Positions 58,297 through 63,161 of a DNA stretch of 63,161 nucleotides are shown here, one piece after another. Under the pieces are notes generated by a model, which searched no databases, was not told the origin of the DNA, and saw only the letters and a program-made list of their open reading frames with translations. Origin of the DNA: Bacteroidales bacterium (GTDB lineage Bacteria; Bacteroidota; Bacteroidia; Bacteroidales; UBA7960); the NCBI GenBank assembly GCA_003560165.1, contig PWJC01000052.1:1-63161 (forward strand), in the 5' to 3' direction. The position numbers and the translations under genes were made by a program. Position 1 is the first letter of the stretch. Each line of letters begins with the position of its first letter.

Positions 58297-59775
58297 CTAT
58301 GCCTTATTGCTGTTCATGGCGATCCTGGCCCACAGTTCGATGGTACGTATCCTGTCCTTGTAAAAGTTGTGGCTGTTCTGCCTGCCGATATCCAGTGAGG
58401 CATCGGTGTTGTCTTCCCAGCGCCGGCACAGGTAGAGTGGCTCATAAATGCGCCCGATCCGGTAGTGGCGCGATATCTGCAGGGCCACGGCATAATCCTC
58501 ACCGTAGCTCACATTGGGCAGGCGGACCAATCGAAGGACCGGGGTATAGAACGCCCTGGGGGCCCCCAGCCCGTTGATCCGCAGTGCATTGTTGCGTCCG
58601 TTGTCGGGGGTCCACTCCCGGTGGTCGATCAGCCCCGGGGGGATCTCCTCAAGCTTGAAGTTGACCATGCGGTAGCTGCCCACCACCATGGCACACTGCT
58701 GGGAATAAAATGAATCGACGATCTGGCGGACCACCTGGTCGTGAAGGTAAAGGTCGTCGCTGTCGAGTTGTATGGCAAAACGTCCACAGGCCTCATGAAA
58801 CAAGCCAATGTTCCAGCATCCGCCGATGCCCAGGTCATCCCTGCCGGGGACCACATGGATCAGCCGATCGTCTTCGCGCGAAAGCTCTTCCAGCAACTGC
58901 GATGTCCCGTCGTTCGAATGGTTGTCGACCACGATCAGGTTAAAGGAAAAGGGGGTCTGTTGTGCAAAGACCGAACGAACGGCATCTTCGATGGTCCTGA
59001 TACGGTTTTTAACGGGGATGATCACCGAAGCCTCCGCCGGGAAATCCCCTGCCGACAGATCCACCTCAGAAAAAACGGGGCTCAGCCAGCCACCGATTGC
59101 CTTCAGGTGAGAGGTGCAAGCCTTTTCCATCTCGATCTGCACTTCCCTGTTTTTGGGATCGACGTAATCGAAGATTTTCTCGCCCGAGCTGCGGGTATCG
59201 GTTTCCATTTCGGTATAAAGGAATTCGGGGATCCTGAGCAGCCGGTTTTCGCGGGATACCCGAAGCCGCAGATCGTACAGGCCGGCATACAGAAAGTCCT
59301 GGTCCATACGGGACACGGTCCGGCGCAGGTCTTCGGTGCGGTAAAGCAAAACCGGCCCGAAGTTGAAGTCGTCGCGCAGGCTGCCATCCTGGTAATCAAT
59401 CACCGGCAAGGCCGATAAGTTGCCGTCCTTCATCTGGTAGTGATCGGAATAGACCATGCCAGACCCGGTGCTTTGAGCAACCTGAAGCATCCTTTCGAGC
59501 GCAAAAGCCCCCAGCCTGAGCGGTTGGGTCTTGTTGTAGACAAGGACATATTCCGAATTGCACAAGGCCGACATTTGCTTCACCCCCCGGGTCGACTGCA
59601 TGCTACCGATGTCGGCGTAACGGCCCTTTTCGGGCATTCGCAGCTTTTCGTGGGGGGGCTTGCCCACTATAAAAATGCTGCTCACCAGTGGGTGGTTGCC
59701 CAGTTCATCCAGGCTGGCCTGCAGTTCAGTGCGTTCTCCTGCGGGTAAAAAACAACTGATCGTAGATTGGTTCAT
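58297..59775 (-). CDS. Glycosyltransferase family 2 protein with an additional degenerate N-terminal GT-A-like region
   Basis: [31 protein letters not shown]; N-terminal VYSDH...[14 protein letters not shown]...YDLRLR. Confidence 0.87.
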   Translation of the reverse strand: MNQSTISCFLPAGERTELQASLDELGNHPLVSSIFIVGKPPHEKLRMPEKGRYADIGSMQSTRGVKQMSALCNSEYVLVYNKTQPLRLGAFALERMLQVAQSTGSGMVYSDHYQMKDGNLSALPVIDYQDGSLRDDFNFGPVLLYRTEDLRRTVSRMDQDFLYAGLYDLRLRVSRENRLLRIPEFLYTEMETDTRSSGEKIFDYVDPKNREVQIEMEKACTSHLKAIGGWLSPVFSEVDLSAGDFPAEASVIIPVKNRIRTIEDAVRSVFAQQTPFSFNLIVVDNHSNDGTSQLLEELSREDDRLIHVVPGRDDLGIGGCWNIGLFHEACGRFAIQLDSDDLYLHDQVVRQIVDSFYSQQCAMVVGSYRMVNFKLEEIPPGLIDHREWTPDNGRNNALRINGLGAPRAFYTPVLRLVRLPNVSYGEDYAVALQISRHYRIGRIYEPLYLCRRWEDNTDASLDIGRQNSHNFYKDRIRTIELWARIAMNSNKA

Positions 59776-59789
59776 AAGCAACAGGTCTT

Positions 59790-62700
59790 TTATGGCTGTT
59801 TGAAAAAATTAAGTATCTGTTTCATGAGGTAGTCCCGTTCTCCCTCGTCGATAATGGCCTCAAAGGGGAAGCCCATTGAAAAAGCCTTGTGACCACCCTG
59901 GTAGAGCACCGCTGCGCTCGACTTGCCAGGGGCGTAACGGTATGCCGTGGCCCCGCCCCCGGCAACGGCTTCAATGGCATCGGGAGCCCCGACCGTATAG
60001 ATCAGCGGATGCCAGCCGGTATTGATGGCCAGGGCCTCAAAACCCATCGCTCCGGCAATTGCCGTCGGGGTTAGCCCGGGGGTGTTGCTGGCATTGTCCG
60101 ACCGCCAGAGGAAGCCCAGAATGTCTTCGGCAAAGCGGACAGCTTCCGCGTCGTTGTGCCGGATCATGTCGGTGCCGGTGTAAGCACCCGAAACAAGGAT
60201 ATTACCTCCCGAAAGGGCGTATTGCCGGAGCCCTTCCCTCATGGGCGGACTGAAGACCCTGAAAACAGTTTTATTGCTGCCTGGCCACTCGGGAATCCCC
60301 TTCTGAAGGCCCGCGACAAGGTTCACCGCCCAATAGTCGGATGAGGTGAATGAACCGGCCTCAAAGGCCTTCCTGCTTACCGATACGAAGGAGTACCCGG
60401 CGTTGCGGATGGCTTTGCCGTGAACAGATGGATAGTCGAAGCTGTTTCCCTGCCGTATCCGGCCTTCCCAGTCTGCATAGCTGGCACCACAGCCGGGGCT
60501 GTCGTCATCCAGCCAGGGCGATCCCCTGTCGAAATCGTATTGCATGCCGGTATAAGCCACCGAATGTCCGAGGGGAACATCCATTCCCCCCCACCAACGG
60601 CGTCCGGCCAATTGGCCGGTATCGAATACCTGCGGACCGCTGAGGCGGTCAAAGCCATTGACCACCAGCACCTCTTCCTGCTGGCCGGGCAACAGGGCCA
60701 CCGACAGGATTTCGGAGGGGAAGCTTTCTCCTCCGCTGTTCAGTGCGGTTACCTTGTACGAATAGATGGTATGCCAGGCGGGGAGTTCGATCAGGGCATA
60801 GGGATCGCTTACCACCCACCCCTGGCAGAATCCGGCTCCTTCGGCACGCTGGTAAATTTTGTAATGGGAAGGCACGGCCGAATCTTCCAGCTTATCCCCG
60901 GCCCCCCGCCACGACAGCATGATGGTTTTTCCTTCCACCCGCCTGATGGCCATGCTGTCGGGAGGCAGGGGTTTTACCACGGCCTCCCTGCCTTCCTGCC
61001 CGGCAAGGAAGCGAAGGATGCCCTTGTAAATGGCACGCCCCACCATAAACTGGAAGCGGGGGTCGAGCCCGTAGCTGATATCGGCCAGGTTTTGATGGGA
61101 ATACAATTCGAGTAGCATGGCCGGCACATTCGGACGCCAGGCTTCCGAATACGCCCGGTCCCATAGTGCCCGCCGTGTCCAATCTGGATTTGCCATAGCC
61201 CGGATGTCGGAAACGATCTGATCCTGGACCATGTCGGAGAGGTCACGGCCGGCCAGCCGGGAAACCCCATCGGGAAACATCCCCCCGTCGCGCTCAGCGC
61301 TGTAGATGGCCAGGGTGCCTATGACCGAATCGCCGGGAGTTACTCCCGCATCGGTATGAAATGAAAGGGAAAGGTCGATGGGGATGCCCAGACCCGCATT
61401 CCTGTCATTTTGAGGTCCGAAAGGAGCTCCCATCAGAAAATTAACCCATTCGCCCCGCGACATGTAGTCGTCGTTGTAGTCATTCCTTCCTTCATTGAGC
61501 GAATACACAAGGGTATCGGGCATTCCGGCATATTGCAGGTAATACCGGGCGCCTTCCTGATAGCGGGGCCGTCCGCTGGTCCGCCAGGTGGAATGCTCAG
61601 GCAGGGGGCCGGGTACTGAGGCTTCGGTGACATCCGTTTGGCGGTCTGAGTCCGAACGCCGGTTGGGGAGGGAAATGCCGGATGCCCCCCTGGCAATGCT
61701 ACCCATCCCCCCGCCAAAACGCACAGCACCCGCAGTAAGTACCCCATCATGAGCGGAATGGGTGAGCAGTTGCAGCCGACCCGACTCAGAATCGAGTCCC
61801 TGCTTAAAATAAAAATGCCCCAGATAGACCCAGGTGCCGTGGCCCATGGCCTGGTTTACCTCAAAGCTGGCCGTTCCTCCTGCATAACTGAGATCAAGCC
61901 TTGCATCGGGTACCGCAGCAGCCGTTTTGGCCCAGGAAAAATACACAGCATACTTCCCACTGGCCGGGATATCGGGCACATAGGTCAGGGAGCCACCCTG
62001 GTTGGTGGGTATCTTCAGATGCACTCCTTCATCGAAAGGGTTTACAGGCCCGGTCAGGGGTTCAATGCGGTCAAATCCACCCGATTCCTGCTTCCACCCG
62101 GCCTGCCCGTGATCCACCAGCAGCTGACCCTGGTTCCCGGCAATGCCCGGTCCGATGATCACTTCGTGCACCTGCACATCCCTTTCCCTGGGCAACAATA
62201 CATTGGCGCCGGCATTTTCGAGCATGGGGGCGACATACCCCAGCACGTAGTCGGCCGTAAGCATGTCTTCTACCGTGCCGAACAGCCTGGCCCGCTGCCA
62301 TTGCCAGCGGTCGTTCACGGCATTGTAATAATAACCGTGGCTGTGCCAGAGTGCAATGTGGTTTCCCGATAAGCCGCCCTCAAATCCGGGTTGTCCGGTT
62401 TTCCTGACCAGGGCCGGGACAGGGGAACGCGGCCTGATCCTCAGGGTGTCGGGGGGAATGTGGCCGTTGCGGAAGTGGTTCGGCACAAAATCGGTAAGTG
62501 GGTTGTCCCCGCTAAGCAGGCTGAGGCTGTAATTTCTGAAAACCCATCCCAGGCTGTTCATCAGTCCGGTTTCGAGCGATAGCAACCAGGGGACCCTCAT
62601 GGGCAGATGGGTGATTGCCGGACTGAAATGCACCGCAATATGGCGGTCTCTCCGCATGACAACGATGCTGTCGATCCCCATATGCCCCAGGTGGCGGTAG

Positions 62701-62858
62701 TGAAGGAAAAAATCATCGAAATCATCCAGGCGGTTCACTGCCCGGCGTTCGACCCAGCGATCGGGCGAAAACACCGACTGCCCGCTGGCCGCGCCCCCTA
62801 TCAGCAGGAGAGGCAAGAGACAAAAGAGCCTGCGAAGCACCCGGGAAATTCCTTTCAT
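59790..62858 (-). CDS. Exported multidomain protein: amidase_3-like catalytic domain, golvesin/xanthan-lyase-C-like module, FN3 domain
   Basis: Signal peptide; [25 protein letters not shown]; GKYAVYFSW...VNQ...[10 protein letters not shown]...AVRFGGG; [14 protein letters not shown]. Confidence 0.7.
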   Translation of the reverse strand: MKGISRVLRRLFCLLPLLLIGGAASGQSVFSPDRWVERRAVNRLDDFDDFFLHYRHLGHMGIDSIVVMRRDRHIAVHFSPAITHLPMRVPWLLSLETGLMNSLGWVFRNYSLSLLSGDNPLTDFVPNHFRNGHIPPDTLRIRPRSPVPALVRKTGQPGFEGGLSGNHIALWHSHGYYYNAVNDRWQWQRARLFGTVEDMLTADYVLGYVAPMLENAGANVLLPRERDVQVHEVIIGPGIAGNQGQLLVDHGQAGWKQESGGFDRIEPLTGPVNPFDEGVHLKIPTNQGGSLTYVPDIPASGKYAVYFSWAKTAAAVPDARLDLSYAGGTASFEVNQAMGHGTWVYLGHFYFKQGLDSESGRLQLLTHSAHDGVLTAGAVRFGGGMGSIARGASGISLPNRRSDSDRQTDVTEASVPGPLPEHSTWRTSGRPRYQEGARYYLQYAGMPDTLVYSLNEGRNDYNDDYMSRGEWVNFLMGAPFGPQNDRNAGLGIPIDLSLSFHTDAGVTPGDSVIGTLAIYSAERDGGMFPDGVSRLAGRDLSDMVQDQIVSDIRAMANPDWTRRALWDRAYSEAWRPNVPAMLLELYSHQNLADISYGLDPRFQFMVGRAIYKGILRFLAGQEGREAVVKPLPPDSMAIRRVEGKTIMLSWRGAGDKLEDSAVPSHYKIYQRAEGAGFCQGWVVSDPYALIELPAWHTIYSYKVTALNSGGESFPSEILSVALLPGQQEEVLVVNGFDRLSGPQVFDTGQLAGRRWWGGMDVPLGHSVAYTGMQYDFDRGSPWLDDDSPGCGASYADWEGRIRQGNSFDYPSVHGKAIRNAGYSFVSVSRKAFEAGSFTSSDYWAVNLVAGLQKGIPEWPGSNKTVFRVFSPPMREGLRQYALSGGNILVSGAYTGTDMIRHNDAEAVRFAEDILGFLWRSDNASNTPGLTPTAIAGAMGFEALAINTGWHPLIYTVGAPDAIEAVAGGGATAYRYAPGKSSAAVLYQGGHKAFSMGFPFEAIIDEGERDYLMKQILNFFKQP

Positions 62859-62915
62859 GGTGTGAATGTTGCGGCCCCGTCAGCCAAAGAAGCCGGCAGT
62901 GCCCGGTATGGTTCT

Positions 62916-62923
62916 CAAAAGTA
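62916..62923 (-). promoter_or_regulatory. Bacteroidota -7 promoter motif for the cell-wall salvage operon
   Basis: TACTTTTG on the minus strand, 57 nt upstream of the ATG. Confidence 0.55.
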
Positions 62924-63022
62924 TTAACTCTTTTCCAATTACAAAAAAATGACACACTTATATTGAACATTCCTCTTTAGCCTGCAAGCATTGCGACAGT
63001 TAAAACCAGGGAAAACCCCAAC

Positions 63023-63161
63023 AGGTTTAAAGGTTTAAAAGTTTAAAGGTTTAAAAGTTTAAGTACCGGATAATCAGCCTTTAAACTCTTCAACTCTTCA
63101 ACTCTTCAACTCTTCAACTCTTCAACTCTTCAACTCTTCAACTCTTCAACTCTTCAACTCT
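63023..63161. repeat. Two opposed octamer arrays, truncated by the window edge
   Basis: A(G/A)GTTTAA x5 (63023-63062), 17-nt spacer, TTTA, then AACTCTTC x9 plus a partial unit. Confidence 0.95.

Overview
A gene-dense, GC-rich chromosomal segment from a Bacteroidota organism, probably an anaerobic Bacteroidales. The assignment rests on T9SS genes (porU, porP-family, gldJ), a lipoprotein TamL and many TAnnTTTG -7 promoter motifs. Most of it is housekeeping: murF, cinA, fbp, mfd, glmM, folC, tonB-exbBD, gap, pepE, kdsA, xerD, hemW. I saw no rRNA, tRNA, CRISPR array, transposase or phage gene. Three things stand out. (1) Seven intergenic arrays of 7-nt and 8-nt tandem repeats. Three of them are the same ordered multi-block cassette (7-mer block, 8-mer block, fixed linker, 7-mer blocks) at consecutive gene junctions of one operon. 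The five arrays that follow a gene end run purine-rich on the sense strand, two of them supply a stop codon, and both window ends fall inside arrays. (2) A ~16 kb cell-wall/amino-sugar salvage cluster (46771-62858): an amidase-like multidomain protein, GT2, an HxHxQ phosphorylase-like DUF4922 protein, a tandem GNAT, SpoIID, an AmpG-like permease with a ~190-aa insertion, NamZ and a NagB-PIG-L fusion with an altered catalytic motif. (3) A four-gene symporter / CoA-transferase III / 2-oxoacid:ferredoxin oxidoreductase operon of unknown substrate. All calls come from reading motifs by eye; no searches were run.
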